Assembly (NCBI GenBank): GCA_964016885.1
Contig: OZ024742.1
Span: forward strand, 330,150,001-330,214,000
Source: Eledone cirrhosa
Taxonomy: Eukaryota
Reading direction: 5' to 3'
DNA length: 64,000 nucleotides
This document shows, piece by piece, positions 46,957 through 59,799 of this stretch. The position numbers were made by a program, and so were the translations under genes. Below the pieces are notes generated by a model. The model was not told the DNA's origin and did not search any database. It saw only the letters and a program-made list of their open reading frames with translations. The first letter of the stretch is position 1; every line of letters begins with the position of its first letter.

Positions 46957-48064
46957 TTATTAAAATAACATATTAAAGTTTAAGCAAAGAATCGCTGCTT
47001 TCACCCTTAACGGGATCTTCTGAAACTAAAAAAATCGGTGAAAACAGAAGTAAATATTTCGAAAAACCTTGCAACCGAAGGAAGACAAGAGCACCGTACT
47101 TTGGTTCGTGGATACGTTCCCTGGAAAAAACGAAGATAATATGTCATTATTTGGAGCGCTGAGAACACCGAAAGACAAAACCACGTTTATGGTATTGATG
47201 AAGTCCTAAACTAATATTGTATTAGGTGGTTCGTGGAGAGAGTCCCTGGCAATGAACGAAAAAAAGCGAAAATAACACGTCATTATGCAAAAACATTACG
47301 CAAAAACAAAACCACCATTATGGCATAACTGAAGTCGTAGACTAAAATTCTATTTAGGAAACCGAATGATTCTCGGCTTCAGAGTTAAGAATAATGTAAA
47401 TAAATTACAGAGATTATAGAAATCAGCAATAATTAAATATATACATGCACGCATCCATATACGTACAAACACATGCATACACGAAAACACCCGCATTGGG
47501 TATGCAAATACAGACACGTGCAAAAAAACACACGCACACATACAGAAAACCATGCATCGCTTGTACCTCACACATGCGAACGTATACACTAAATATACAT
47601 AAAACATATGTAACAAAAATATATATATGCGTAAGTGTGTGTGTGTGCACGCGTATACATGTAATTATATAAACCTATATAAATATACACACATAAATAT
47701 GCATATAACGCGCGCACACACATACCTACATGTAAATACACATATGTTCGCTAAACTACGTCAACCAAAACACAAAGTACACATATACACCCACCCTACA
47801 TAGTACACACCCGCATCACACACAAAACCCACGTATACACATGACCATATACATATGTACCAGTATATATAATATAATATATACGCATATAACAAATACA
47901 AGCAAATATACGTACGAGAAAGTATACGTACCTTTACAAAACATACAGGTAATATATACTTACCTATACAAATAAGTAATGGTATAAACATAAACTATAC
48001 TTAGCTACCATATCAAGACGTAAATTATCCGCGTATAGCTCGTACTATCCGTTAGGGTATAATG
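46957..48064 (-). mobile_element. 5'-truncated PLE copy (last codons + entire 3' UTR)
   Basis: 48041-48064 is the reverse complement of the ORF end at about 62568-62590; the rest matches 62590-63578. Confidence 0.85.
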
Positions 48065-48799
48065 CAGGAAGGTTATATATATGATATTTGTAACGTCCGA
48101 TTACTGTAGCTTCACCAGAGTGAGAACTCGAAGCGTAGTTTCCACTAATTATAGAGCTGTAGTATTAAGCAGAGTTTAATATTACTAATAATAAGGACAA
48201 TTTGATTGGTCTTCATTACGTTTATTGAGTAGTGGCGCGTGTTTCCTTATTGATCAGCTTAAGATTCGATCTGTATCGAGCTGGCCCAACTCTGGATCAA
48301 TAGGTCTTCTGACATATGTTATGATATATGTTATGATAATGGCAGAATGAACCTCTTAGTGATTTGAAACACTATATAACGATTCACACTCATTTTGAGA
48401 TGTGGTGAGCCTTCCAATGACACCCAATGTTGCTGGATATTTATTGGATAATTATACAGAACTTACAAAGATATTCTGCTCATATAATTGAAATTGATAC
48501 TGCAGTTTCGTAAGTGTATTGCTACATCATGAAATATTGAAGAGAGACACTGGATATGTACACATATATGAAATTTAGCTGAAACGCAAAGAAAAACTAG
48601 ATTCCTTGCAGGATGTAATAATCCCGTTATATTCAGCACTAAATGAAACTTGTGAGCAGAAAATTGTAAATAATGTATCTATATTTTCAGTGCATATAAA
48701 ACCTGAAAGTTAATATGCGACCCATGGCGTCAGATATACCACACCTAGGCTTATTACAGGTGTCATTTTTGACTAGCCATAAGTATTGGATAGTATATA

Positions 48800-48950
48800 A
48801 CTCACCTCATGACAGGCTGCCAATCCATCGCAGGATTAGATGTACCTACTGATAATTTCCTATTAGTGCACCGAAACAAAGTGAAATGGAGTGTCTTGCC
48901 AAAGAATACAACACGTTGCATAGTTCTAAAATTGAAGCCACGACATTCTG
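48800..48950 (-). mobile_element. Degenerate SINE of a second family
   Basis: GAGTGTCTTGCCAAAGAATACAACAC..TTGAAGCCACGAC resembles the reverse complement of a tRNA-SINE head/core. Confidence 0.45.
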
Positions 48951-48979
48951 TATGTATCTATCTATCTTGCTATTTTTAT

Positions 48980-49999
48980 ATATAAGTATGTATACGTACA
49001 TACACATATGTATACAGACGTACAGTAGTATGTATATATATACACATACATGCAAACATATATACATGTACGTATGGATTCACCAAACATTTATTATAAT
49101 GCTCGGTGTTTTTGTAAACAAACATCCCGTATTAAGCCGTAGTGTCTAGCAACCACCGTTGCTCTTCTGTTCAACACTGACAAAGGAACGCTGTACTAGT
49201 TTCAAGCTTGTTAGCTATCGTCAGCAACGTATACCTTCCTGCCAGATAGTTGAACGTCCGAACTTATATACTTTCCTTATGCATATTAACGGCTGAGTAG
49301 CCCAATTTGCATATCGAGTGGGTTAATCGGCTGAGTGCACCGAAAACGATAAACGGAAATAATGAAACGAAATTTCATTTTCCACTCTTAGTATGGCTGT
49401 TACTTAAATATAAGTATGTTTACGTACATACACATATGTATACAGACATACAGTAGTATGTATATATATACACATACATGCACACATATATACATGTACG
49501 TATGGATTCACCAAACATTATATTTAAATAACAGCCGTACTAAGAGTGGGAAATGAAGTTTCGTTTCATTTTTTTCCGTTTATCGTTTTCGGTGCACCCA
49601 GCCGATTAACCCACTCGATATGAACATTGGGCTCCTCAGCCGTTAATATGCATAAGGAAAGTATATACTTTCGGATGTTCAACCATCTGGCAGGAAGGTA
49701 TACGTTACTGACGATAGCTAACAAGCTTTAAACTAGTGTCAGTGTTGAACAAAAGGGCAATGATGGTTGCTAAACACTCTACGGTTTAATTCGGGATGTT
49801 TGTTTACAAACACACCGAGCATTATAATAAATATTTGGTGAATCCATACGTACATGTATATATGTGTGCATGTATGTGTATATATATACATACTACTGTA
49901 CGTCTGTATACATATGTATATGTACGTATACATACTTATATTTAAGTAACAGCCGTACTAAAAGTGGGAAATGAAAACTCGTTTCATTTTTTCCGTTTA
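48980..49999. mobile_element. Retrozyme-like unit of about 428 bp: 1.25 copies minus + 1.1 copies plus
   Basis: 48981 restarts at about 49408. The inverted copy 49520-49999 reads through the same junction. Confidence 0.85.
49188..49230 (-). ncRNA. Minimal type I HHR, GUA site
   Basis: ACGTTG-CTGACGA-tAGCT aaca AGCTt-GAAACTAGTA-CAGCGT, with palindromic ACTAGT stem III. The mirror copy at about 49703-49737 is damaged. Confidence 0.88.
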
Positions 50000-50044
50000 T
50001 ATATATATATATATATACGCACACACAAACATATATTATATATA

Positions 50045-50073
<29 letters not shown>

Positions 50074-50075
<2 letters not shown>

Positions 50076-50554
50076 TGGTAAACGGAATAGAAAATGCTGA
50101 CAAATTGTTCACAGTTGAAAAATGGTTTAATTAGGAATAAAAGAGTATTAGTGATTGTATGGGTTAGTATTCAGTTGTGGTTTTAAGTTTTTAAGTTTTT
50201 ACCGGTTGCGCATTTCTAAATGCTTTTCAAAAATAATTTTGAGATAGAGTGTCCGTGCTGTTTGCTCTGATCTGATTAGTTTTGGGAATTCTACCTGTTT
50301 TTATGTTAAAAAAATGGCTCCAGCGTTATTTTTGTGTTGTAAAAATGCTTGTGGTCAAAACAATTTTGAGTGGTCGGTAGAGGTCATGTGAATGTAAAAA
50401 GTTGATTTTGCGCCAAGACTGTTTTTATGTTAAAATGTTAGAAAAGTGGCTCCAGCAAAGATTATGGTCAAAACAATTTTGATTGGTCGGTAGAGGTCAT
50501 GTGGATAAAAAATTGGTTTTGCGCCAAGATTGAGAAATGACTCTTTCACAACAA

Positions 50555-50610
<56 letters not shown>

Positions 50611-50719
50611 TAGTAGTAGTAGTAAGGTATTCGATGCTCTATGGTGCAATACAAAAAAATATATGTGCATATATATGCATGTATATATGTATATATATAT
50701 ATATATGTATGTAGTGAAA

Positions 50720-50755
<36 letters not shown>

Positions 50756-51167
50756 ATATATGTGTATATAGTGAATATCATTTCACACCTTTTATTGTTA
50801 AGATTGTTGATGTTCTATTAAGAGAACCGATTTTACTGAAAAAATCGAATAATGTACACCATTTTACCAAGGGGGGAAAAAAATACTGGTCCACCCACAC
50901 ACGCACACACACACACACACACATATATACACAGACACATACACACGCGTACATCAACATACAAAGAGACTTATACACACACACACACACACACACGCAC
51001 TTCTCCGTATAAGACAAAAGCTGAAAAATATCTTTTGACCTTCGAATGACTCTGCTGTGTGTATGTACGCACACACACACACACACACACACACACTTAT
51101 CTTAATAGCCATTTGACACACATCGCTGGTGGCTATTGTCGCAGCATCGAATACCTTACTACTACTA

Positions 51168-51223
<56 letters not shown>

Positions 51224-51738
51224 TTGTTGTGAAAGAGTCATTTCTCAATCTTGGCGCAAAACCAATTTTTTATCCACATGACCTCTACCGACCAATCAAA
51301 ATTGTTTTGACCATAATCTTTGCTGGAGCCACTTTTCTAACATTTTAACATAAAAACAGTCTTGGCGCAAAATCAACTTTTTACATTCACATGACCTCTA
51401 CCGACCACTCAAAATTGTTTTGACCACAAGCATTTTTACAACACAAAAATAACGCTGGAGCCATTTTTTTAACATAAAAACAGGTAGAATTCCCAAAACT
51501 AATCAGATCAGAGCAAACAGCACGGACACTCTATCTCAAAATTATTTTTGAAAAGCATTTAGAAATGCGCAACCGGTAAAAACTTAAAAACTTAAAACCA
51601 CAACTGAATACTAACCCATACAATCACTAATACTCTTTTATTCCTAATTAAACCATTTTTCAACTGTGAACAATTTGTCAGCATTTTCTATTCTGTTTAC
51701 CAATATATAATAACTTGTGTGTTACACCTCTATTCTTT

Positions 51739-51743
<5 letters not shown>
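50074..51743. mobile_element. Young fold-back insertion with near-identical arms of about 565 bp in (TA)n
   Basis: About 50074-50637 is inverted to about 51144-51707; the right arm is about 35 bp longer; internal tandem repeat of about 100 bp. Confidence 0.85.
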
Positions 51744-51829
<86 letters not shown>

Positions 51830-51835
51830 ATAACA

Positions 51836-53350
51836 GTGTTGAACACCCCAACGACGACGGGTCACTTGCCCTCCTTGACTTCCGAATCAACATCACGGAA
51901 CAGGGAGGGATCCACTTCAAATTCTACCGAAAGGCAGCCTACAGGGATCTGTTTGTCCACTACAAGTCCGCCCTCACTAACAGTGCCAAAAGAGGATACA
52001 TCACGAACGAGATCGCGCGAATCAAAAACAGATGCTCCGATCCCGCGAGTGGTGTCACTCATACCAAGCGATTACTCGAGGTGCTGGAGACGAAGGTTAC
52101 CCTACCTCGCCCACAGACAGAGTAGCAGACACCAGATAGAAGAGACAGAGAGGCACACAAGGCAAGTGTTTCCTAAAAATACCACACCTGGGCGAGAATA
52201 CCCCCAACGCTATCCGCAAGGCTATACGGAGCGAAGGCCTCGACATCCACCTGGCCCACTCGGGCCCCTCCCTGCGAAGATGCCTCTCCAGGAAACCCGG
52301 GAAATCAACTGACGCGTGCTCCCTCAGAGACTGCCCGATGTGCCATGCGAACTGTTGCCCACGCACATACGTCGTGTATAAGATCGAATATAACAAGTGC
52401 AACCAATACTATATAGGTAGCACAATCCGGCTGCTGCACATCCGGATCATGGAGCACACTAACACCAGGGCCTTGTCTTTCCGGAAACACATAGCCAAAT
52501 GCGGAAACAAATACGGAAGGCCCATTGTCACAATTCTAGCGACAGAAAGAAACGTCGGCACATTACGTATCAAGGAAGCACTTTGGATCAAACGCCTAGG
52601 GCCACAATTAAACAACCGAACCGAGAGAAGCAAAATGAGGTGGTTGGTTTAAGTAAACAAACGATGCAGCAACACACGCACAAACAAACAAGCGAGACAG
52701 CAACACACGCTCAAACATGCACACACACAGTAGCATTCCACCATTCGAACATACTACACTGCCAATACAGAGGAACAAGGCAACAACACACGCACACACA
52801 CTCAAGCGAGACAACAACCCACGCACACACACACACACAGTAACATTCACCAAACAGGCAAAGAAAACTATGCTCTTACAGTTAGCGCCACCCCACTCCC
52901 ACAATAGAAAGAACTATTTCGGCCGCCAACCTCTGCTTGACCGACCCCATTTCACGCGCACGCGCGATCTGCTGAATACCTCAGATATTCAAAACAACGA
53001 ACAGCGGAGGACACGTTTCGGACCTTTCCGGCAGACAACCCACCCCCCGGAAAAAAACCAATTTGATGGATGTCAATCCGAAATATATAGGGACAATTAA
53101 ATCCCACCCAAGGTGACTCTATCTCGTGTTATTATTTTTATTTTTATCCTTTACGCTCTTTCGTACATACTTCTACACGCTACAGTCTTCTACAGGTCAC
53201 GCATCTCAACGTACACCCACTTACATCTCTCTCTCCACCACCGGAACTTGTTACCCGGAGATTTAGCCATCTGCATTGTCGAGGCTTCCAAACGACTTAA
53301 AGAAATTTACCTTATTATTCCACAATGCTTCAAGCAAACTTCAATACTCT

Positions 53351-53353
<3 letters not shown>
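51836..53353 (+). mobile_element. 5'-truncated, frameshifted PLE (RT thumb + GIY-YIG + pLTR), relative of the 53-58 kb element
   Basis: SVEHPNDDGSLALLDF, FYRK..DLFVHYKSAL, YVVYKIE..YYIGST.R.LH.RI.EH, LRIKEAL..P.LN. Degenerate HHR at 53043-53092. TA on both sides. Confidence 0.9.
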
Positions 53354-53383
<30 letters not shown>

Positions 53384-53960
53384 GAGGAGGTTATAGTTCA
53401 CTTGAAGCATTGTGTAATGAGGTATAAACGTTAGAATATGTGTAATAAGGCCAAGACAATGCAGATATGGACATAGACAAAAAAATGCAATAGTGAGAGA
53501 TATTGATGAGAATTCGTCTTTCACCTTGAATTTATTTAAATGTCCTTAATTTTCGAGATAATATCTCTTCTTCGGAGGGAAGTAAAAGTCTCAGACCAGC
53601 GTCTAAATTTCCAATGAAGCCATGCTGACCGGAAATAGTATAGAGTTCTAACTTTAATATCAAAGAATTAAAATTAGGTGGGTAAAGAGTAGTCTCCCTT
53701 TAAGAGGGGTTTGTTTATGTTTTTGTTGTGTTTTTTTAAATGTTATATGCGTGCCTGTATATGTGTGTGGGAGAAAGCATGAAGGTGTAGGTATGTGGGT
53801 GTGTGTGTGTGAGTGTGGGAAGATAGGTCTAATCGTAAAAGTGGGGGGTAGGTGTTATCTGGTGTTAGAACTGGTTTTGTGTGTGTATGTGTGAGAGAGA
53901 ATAAGTGGAGGTGTGCGCGTGCGTGTGTGTGGGGTGTATAAAGTGGGGCTAGAGGCCCTA

Positions 53961-56543
53961 TCAGGTTATAAATTGGGTGTTGAGCTCTAGTCTATTATTG
54001 ATTGGTGGATGTGTTCTATCTATAATGAGTGCTTCCTTGATTCTAAGATTGCCGAGGTTTCTTTCCTTAGTTTCTATCCTAACTGTTATCTTTTTATCAG
54101 TGTTTTTGCATTTAACTAGGTGTTTCTTAAATGAGGAAGCGTTAGTATTGAGGTGTTCTTTTATTCTTATGTGGAGTGGTCTGGTGGTGCTACCTACGTA
54201 GAAGTTGTTGTATTTGTCACACTCTAGTCTGTAAACTACGTAAGCCTGGTGGCATAGGTCTGTGTCGTTGATGGGGCAGTTGGCTAGTCTGCAGCAGTTG
54301 TCATGTCTGGTGGAGCGTCTCTTAGCTAGCCGTCCACGCAAAGAAGGACCCGAATGGGCCAGTTGAATATCCAGACCTTCTCGTCTAATGGCTCTGCGGA
54401 TGGCTGTTGTTGTTTCTTCACTGAAGTGTGGGAGCTTCAGGAAGCAAGTGTTAGTGCCTCGGGTGTGGTGTCCTCTGTTCTTTCTGGCACGGTTTGTGGT
54501 GGATGTCGTGTATCCGTTCAGTTTGAGTACTTCCAGGAAATGTGTGGTGTGTGTGTCTCGGTCTCTGGCGTCGGTGCATTTGTTCTTGATACGTGCCAGT
54601 TCGTTCTTTATGTATCCGAACTTGGCACCGAGTGGGAGGGCCGATCTGAAATGTACGAACAGGTCCCTGCTGGCGGATTTTTTATAGAAGCAGGTGTGGA
54701 TGTTGCCTTCCTCTGTTACCCTGAGTTGGAAGTCCAGCAGGGATAGGGATCCGCGGTCATCGGGGTGTTCTATGCTGAACTTTATACTGGCGTCCATGCT
54801 GGAGAATGTTGTGTATATTTTCTCTGCCTCCTCACGGGATGATGTAAGGATGAGTATGTCATCTACATATCGGGTGAAGAAGGCATGGGAATGGCAGGTG
54901 TTGAGGGCTCGGCATTCTAGCTGGTTCATGTAAGTGATGGCCAGCAGGCCAGAGAGGCTGGATCCCATGGGTAATCCTGTTGTCTGTCTGTATGTGTGGT
55001 GGTGGAAGGTGAAGTACGTGTTGTCTACTGTGAAGGACAAAAGTTGGTGTATGTCCGTCGGGTGGAGGCCGTAGCAGTGGATGTTCTCTGCGACCACGCA
55101 GTCCGTCAATAAATCGACAGCTGGGTGAGCGGGGACTGTAGTGTAGAGGGAGACAACGTCGAGGCTAAAAGCGTATTTATTAAGTTTAAGTTGTTCTGGC
55201 TGGAGTTGGTGTAATCTACGTATAACTTCGTCGAAGCTACTGACATGTCCGGGGAAGGTGGAGAGTAGAGGCTTGAGGACCTGGGAGAGAAGCCAGGAAA
55301 TTTTGTATAGGGGTCCTTCTATGCTAGAGACGATGGGTCTTATATGCGTCTTAGTGCTATTCTTGTGGGTCTTGATGAGGTGGTAGAAAGTGGGCAGTCT
55401 GCTATTTCTAGTGGTGTAGTTGAGTTTAATTTTATTCGGGAGTTGTCTTCTCCTACAGATATCGAACCAAATGGAGTTGGTCTGTTTTTCGATTTGGGCT
55501 GCGGTCATGTCCGGGATCACTGTGTACAGTTCACTGTCGCTTAGGTGTTCGAAGGCTAGGTTATTGTATGTGGCTTGAGAGATGACGCAGAACTCTTTAC
55601 CTTTGTCGGATGGTAAGTAAATAAGTTCCTTATTCCGTAGGTTCTTCAGGGCGAGTTGTTGTGTCCTGGAGAGGTTAGGGGCCATCTTCTTCTGTTTCCG
55701 TAAGATGTTAAATACGGAATGTTTTAGTCTCGAGAGTTTTTCTTCCAGCTCGCGGTTGGCGGGCGGTGGATATAGTGGGCTATCTAGTTGGTATATCGGG
55801 AATCTGGGTGTGGTGGATTCCGTGGTGTTGTTGTCGAGAGTCGATATCCATTTCAGTTGGTAGGCAGTCCGACAGAAATTCGTTTCTATGTCGAGCCATA
55901 GTCTGTCGTCCAGTCTCTGTTTCAATATGAACTTGGGACCCAGGCTGAGGAGGTCTAATTCCTCTCGGGAGAGGGATCCTGTCAAGTCTGTGACGAGGTG
56001 TTTTGCGTCAGGTGTGTTGTTGGTCGGGGTGCCGCTAGGTTCGGTGTTGGTAATGTATTGTTCGCCTCTGTTGGTGTTTGGCGTTGGGATGTTGTTAAGA
56101 CAGTTGGCTGTCCTGAGTTTGAGAAATTTTTGTTTTATGCGTATTTTCTCGTAGTCTCGGCGGTGGTGGTATGACCTGTCTATAGTGGCGGAGATGACCT
56201 TGGACAGAGGTTCTGGGGTTTCAGCGAGTTGTGGTACAAGGCTGGAGATAGTCCGTATGTGATGTTGTAGCGTGCGGTGTAGGTGTTGTATGAGTTTTCT
56301 TAGGCAGAATTTTTGTATGTAACTGAGTGATCGTTTGAGGCCTGGTGAATTGAAGCATGTTGGTAGGTGTAAATTTTTGATGGTTTTGGGAATGATGTTG
56401 TTATTCAGGCATCGTTTTAGTAAATTTATTTGGCAGCCGGCTTTGGCGCGCTTTTCAGATAGCTGGAAGAGTTTCTTTACAGTTGTGAACTGGGCCTGGC
56501 TCAGGCGTAATGAAAGGAGGAGGTTATAGTTCACTTGAAGCAT
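53961..56543 (-). CDS. PLE RT + C-terminal GIY-YIG endonuclease, uninterrupted (about 860 aa from the first ATG); Nematis/Neptune-like
   Basis: LSLGPKF, PSDKG, FYHLIKTHK, IRPIVS, SLDVVSLYT, QTTGLPMGSSLS, RYVDD, LSLLDF, Cys-rich linker, VVYRLEC..FYVGST.R..RIKEH, KEAL..P.IN. The track start at 56657 is a GTG codon. Confidence 0.95.
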   Translation of the reverse strand: MLQVNYNLLLSLRLSQAQFTTVKKLFQLSEKRAKAGCQINLLKRCLNNNIIPKTIKNLHLPTCFNSPGLKRSLSYIQKFCLRKLIQHLHRTLQHHIRTISSLVPQLAETPEPLSKVISATIDRSYHHRRDYEKIRIKQKFLKLRTANCLNNIPTPNTNRGEQYITNTEPSGTPTNNTPDAKHLVTDLTGSLSREELDLLSLGPKFILKQRLDDRLWLDIETNFCRTAYQLKWISTLDNNTTESTTPRFPIYQLDSPLYPPPANRELEEKLSRLKHSVFNILRKQKKMAPNLSRTQQLALKNLRNKELIYLPSDKGKEFCVISQATYNNLAFEHLSDSELYTVIPDMTAAQIEKQTNSIWFDICRRRQLPNKIKLNYTTRNSRLPTFYHLIKTHKNSTKTHIRPIVSSIEGPLYKISWLLSQVLKPLLSTFPGHVSSFDEVIRRLHQLQPEQLKLNKYAFSLDVVSLYTTVPAHPAVDLLTDCVVAENIHCYGLHPTDIHQLLSFTVDNTYFTFHHHTYRQTTGLPMGSSLSGLLAITYMNQLECRALNTCHSHAFFTRYVDDILILTSSREEAEKIYTTFSSMDASIKFSIEHPDDRGSLSLLDFQLRVTEEGNIHTCFYKKSASRDLFVHFRSALPLGAKFGYIKNELARIKNKCTDARDRDTHTTHFLEVLKLNGYTTSTTNRARKNRGHHTRGTNTCFLKLPHFSEETTTAIRRAIRREGLDIQLAHSGPSLRGRLAKRRSTRHDNCCRLANCPINDTDLCHQAYVVYRLECDKYNNFYVGSTTRPLHIRIKEHLNTNASSFKKHLVKCKNTDKKITVRIETKERNLGNLRIKEALIIDRTHPPINNRLELNTQFIT

Positions 56544-58095
56544 TGTGTAATGAGGTATAAACGTTAGAATATGTGTAACAAGGCCAAGACAATGCAGATA
56601 TGGACATAGAAAAAAGAATGCAATAGTGAGAGATATTGATGAGAATTCGTCTTTCACCTTGAATTTATTTAAATGTCCTTAATTTTCGAGATAATATCTC
56701 TTCTTCGGAGGGAAGTAAAAGTCTCAGACCAGCGTCTAAATTTCCAATGAAGCCATGCTGACCGGAAATAGTATAGAGTTCTAACTTTAATATCAAAGAA
56801 TTAAAATTAGGTGGGTAAAGAGTAGTCTCCCTTTAAGAGGGGTTTGTTTATGTTTTTGTTGTGTTTTTTTAAATGTTATATGCGTGCCTGTATATGTGTG
56901 TGGGAGAAAGCATGAAGGTGTAGGTATGTGGGTGTGTGTGTGTGAGTGTGGGAAGATAGGTCTAATCGTAAAAGTGGGGGGTAGGTGTTATCTGGTGTTA
57001 GAACTGGTTTTGTGTGTGTATGTGTGAGAGAGAATAAGTGGAGGTGTGCGCGTGCGTGTGTGTGGGGTGTGTAAAGTGGGGCTAGAGGCCCTATCAGGTT
57101 ATAAATTGGGTGTTGAGCTCTAGTCTATTATTGATTGGTGGATGTACTCAAACTGAACGGATACACGACATCCACCACAAACCGTGCCAGAAAGAACAGA
57201 GGACACCACACCCGAGGCACTAACACTTTCTTCCTGAAGCTCCCACACTTCAGTGAAGAAACAACAACAGCCATCCGCAGAGCCATCTGACGAGAAGGTC
57301 TGGATATTCAACTGGCCCATTCGGGTCCTTCTTTGCGTGGACGGCTAGCTAAGAGACACTCTACCAGACATGACAACTTCTGCAGACTAGCCAACTGCCC
57401 CATCAACGACACAGACCTATGCCACCAGGCTTACGTAGTTTACAGACTAGAGTGTGACAAATGCAACAACTTCTACGTAGGTAGCACCACCAGACCACTC
57501 CACATAAGAATAAAAGAACACCTCAATACTAACGCTTCCTCATTTAAGAAACACCTAGTTAAATGCAAAAACACTGATAAAAACATAACAGTTAGGATAG
57601 AAACTAAGGAAAGAAACCTCGGCAATCTTAGAATCAAGGAAGCACTCATTATAGATAGAACACATCCACCAATCAATAATAGACTAGAGCTCAACACCCA
57701 ATTTATAACCTGATAGGGCCTCTAGCCCCACTTTACACACCCCACACACACGCACGCGCACACCTCCACTTATTCTCTCTCACACATACACACACAAAAC
57801 CAGTTCTAACACCAGATAACACCTACCCCCCACTTTTACGATTAGACCTATCTTCCCACACTCACACACACACACCCACATACCTACACCTTCATGCTTT
57901 CTCCCACACACATATACAGGCACGCATATAACATTAAAAAAAACACAACAAAAACATAAACAAACCCCTCTTAAAGGGAGACTACTCTTTACCCACCTAA
58001 TTTTAATTCTTTGATATTAAAGTTAGAACTCTATACTATTTCCGGTCAGCATGGCTTCATTGGAAATTTAGACGCTGGTCTGAGACTTTTACTTC

Positions 58096-58130
58096 CCTCC
58101 GAAGAAGAGATATTATCTCGAAAATTAAGG
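58096..58130 (+). ncRNA. Ultra-minimal HHR-like motif with a U4C core in the pLTR (also 53544-53578 -, 56677-56711 -)
   Basis: CCT-CCGAAGA-aGAGAT att ATCTC-GAAAATTA-AGG. Confidence 0.6.
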
Positions 58131-58244
58131 ACATTTAAATAAATTCAAGGTGAAAGACGAATTCTCATCAATATCTCTCACTATTGCATTCTTTTGTCTA
58201 TGTCCATATCTGCATTGTCTTGGCCTTATTACACATATTCTAAC

Positions 58245-58283
<39 letters not shown>

Positions 58284-59799
58284 TGTGTGTGTGTGTGTGT
58301 GTGTGCGTGTGTGTGTGTGTGTGTGTGTATGTACGTATATATATAAATATATGGATGTGAGCGTGTGTATATAAGGAAACAACAATGAATATCTAAAACA
58401 TTCTATTACTCAAGCATATATATCTACAAGGATTGTATGACATATGGCAAACAACAGTTATCTATTATAATTCGTGAAAATACCTGTTACGTTTTAAATG
58501 ACAAACACCGTCAATATATTTATGTAAGTGGATGCGAAAAACAAATTCAAAGAGAAAACGATAGACAATAGTTTATTGTGAAAGCGTCTAAACAACAACT
58601 TCCGAATAAGACATCTGTTAAGTAGACCTGAACGTAAAAATGAAATGTGATAATAGAATTTATGTTGAGTTACAATCAGTATCATAATAGAGAATTAAAA
58701 TATGAAGTATTATTTGTTTACAAATTATATATTAATAATACGTTTAAGCAATATATGAAATTGGTTTTATTAAATGTTTCAGACGTAAGTAAAGAATACT
58801 ACTTAGTGAATTAATTGTTAACTAATTTATTATAATAAATTAATATCTAATCTATAAATGAAACAATATAATCTCTAATTTGTTATTAAAACTTAAAACA
58901 TTGAAATTAGATATGTTCTATTAAACTCATTTTTTTAAACGTATACATTTATTAACAAAATAATACTATACTGAGCCATTCTTATACCATTCGTTTATAT
59001 AGTATGTTACTTGCAATATAAACTTAATATATACCTAATAATGAATTACAATTTAGATTCTATTTAATAGACATTTAATAGCAAAAATTTATTTTGTGTT
59101 ATAAATATAAAAATAAACATGACAAAAATAGGAGGAATAGAGGAGAAGAGAAACATAAGTAGTTGTGAGGGAATGAAAATCTTTTTTTTTTTTTTTATTA
59201 TTTCGTAAAATTACCAATGGAAATTACATGCAGATATTCACAATGTAATTATTCATTTCACATGACAAACATACATACTGATAATGTGTGGGAAGGTAAA
59301 ATCATGCCCTTTAATGTTTGAAGGTATAAGTGATATCTTACATTATTTTAGAAATTCTATATGACAAAACCATATTGTAAGTGTTTGTATTTACAAACAT
59401 ACTTTGTAATATATAAATTATTTTTTTAATTTACAAAATTATTATTAAGAAAATAACCAAGCACTGTTATTATTGTATAATATCAATACTAAAAAAAAAT
59501 ATTAAAATAAAACGTCATTATGGCAATATTAATTATAATTCAAAATTAAAGAAATAACAAGGTATTTGATATTCACCAAAAAAAATATTTACTCACAATT
59601 TGAAGGTACGTTTCAAAATATAACTACTCAAGACTGAAGAAACCATAATTATGAGAATAGAGATATAGAATATATGTATATAATGTTGATAACTTCTTAA
59701 AATAAGAAACCTACTAATATGTATATAGGATCATCAATCAATCTTGAAAAAATCAAGGAAGTGTAGGAAACAAAGCCGTGGAATATTATTGTAAACAAA

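Larger units (their letters stand above)
53383..58248 (-). mobile_element. Full-length PLE (pLTR-ORF-pLTR, period 3133 bp) plus an inverted 5'-truncated copy at 57146-58248
   Basis: 53383-54012 is repeated at 56516-57145. The inverted copy contains GIY-YIG and pLTR. (TA)n at both ends. Confidence 0.95.
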
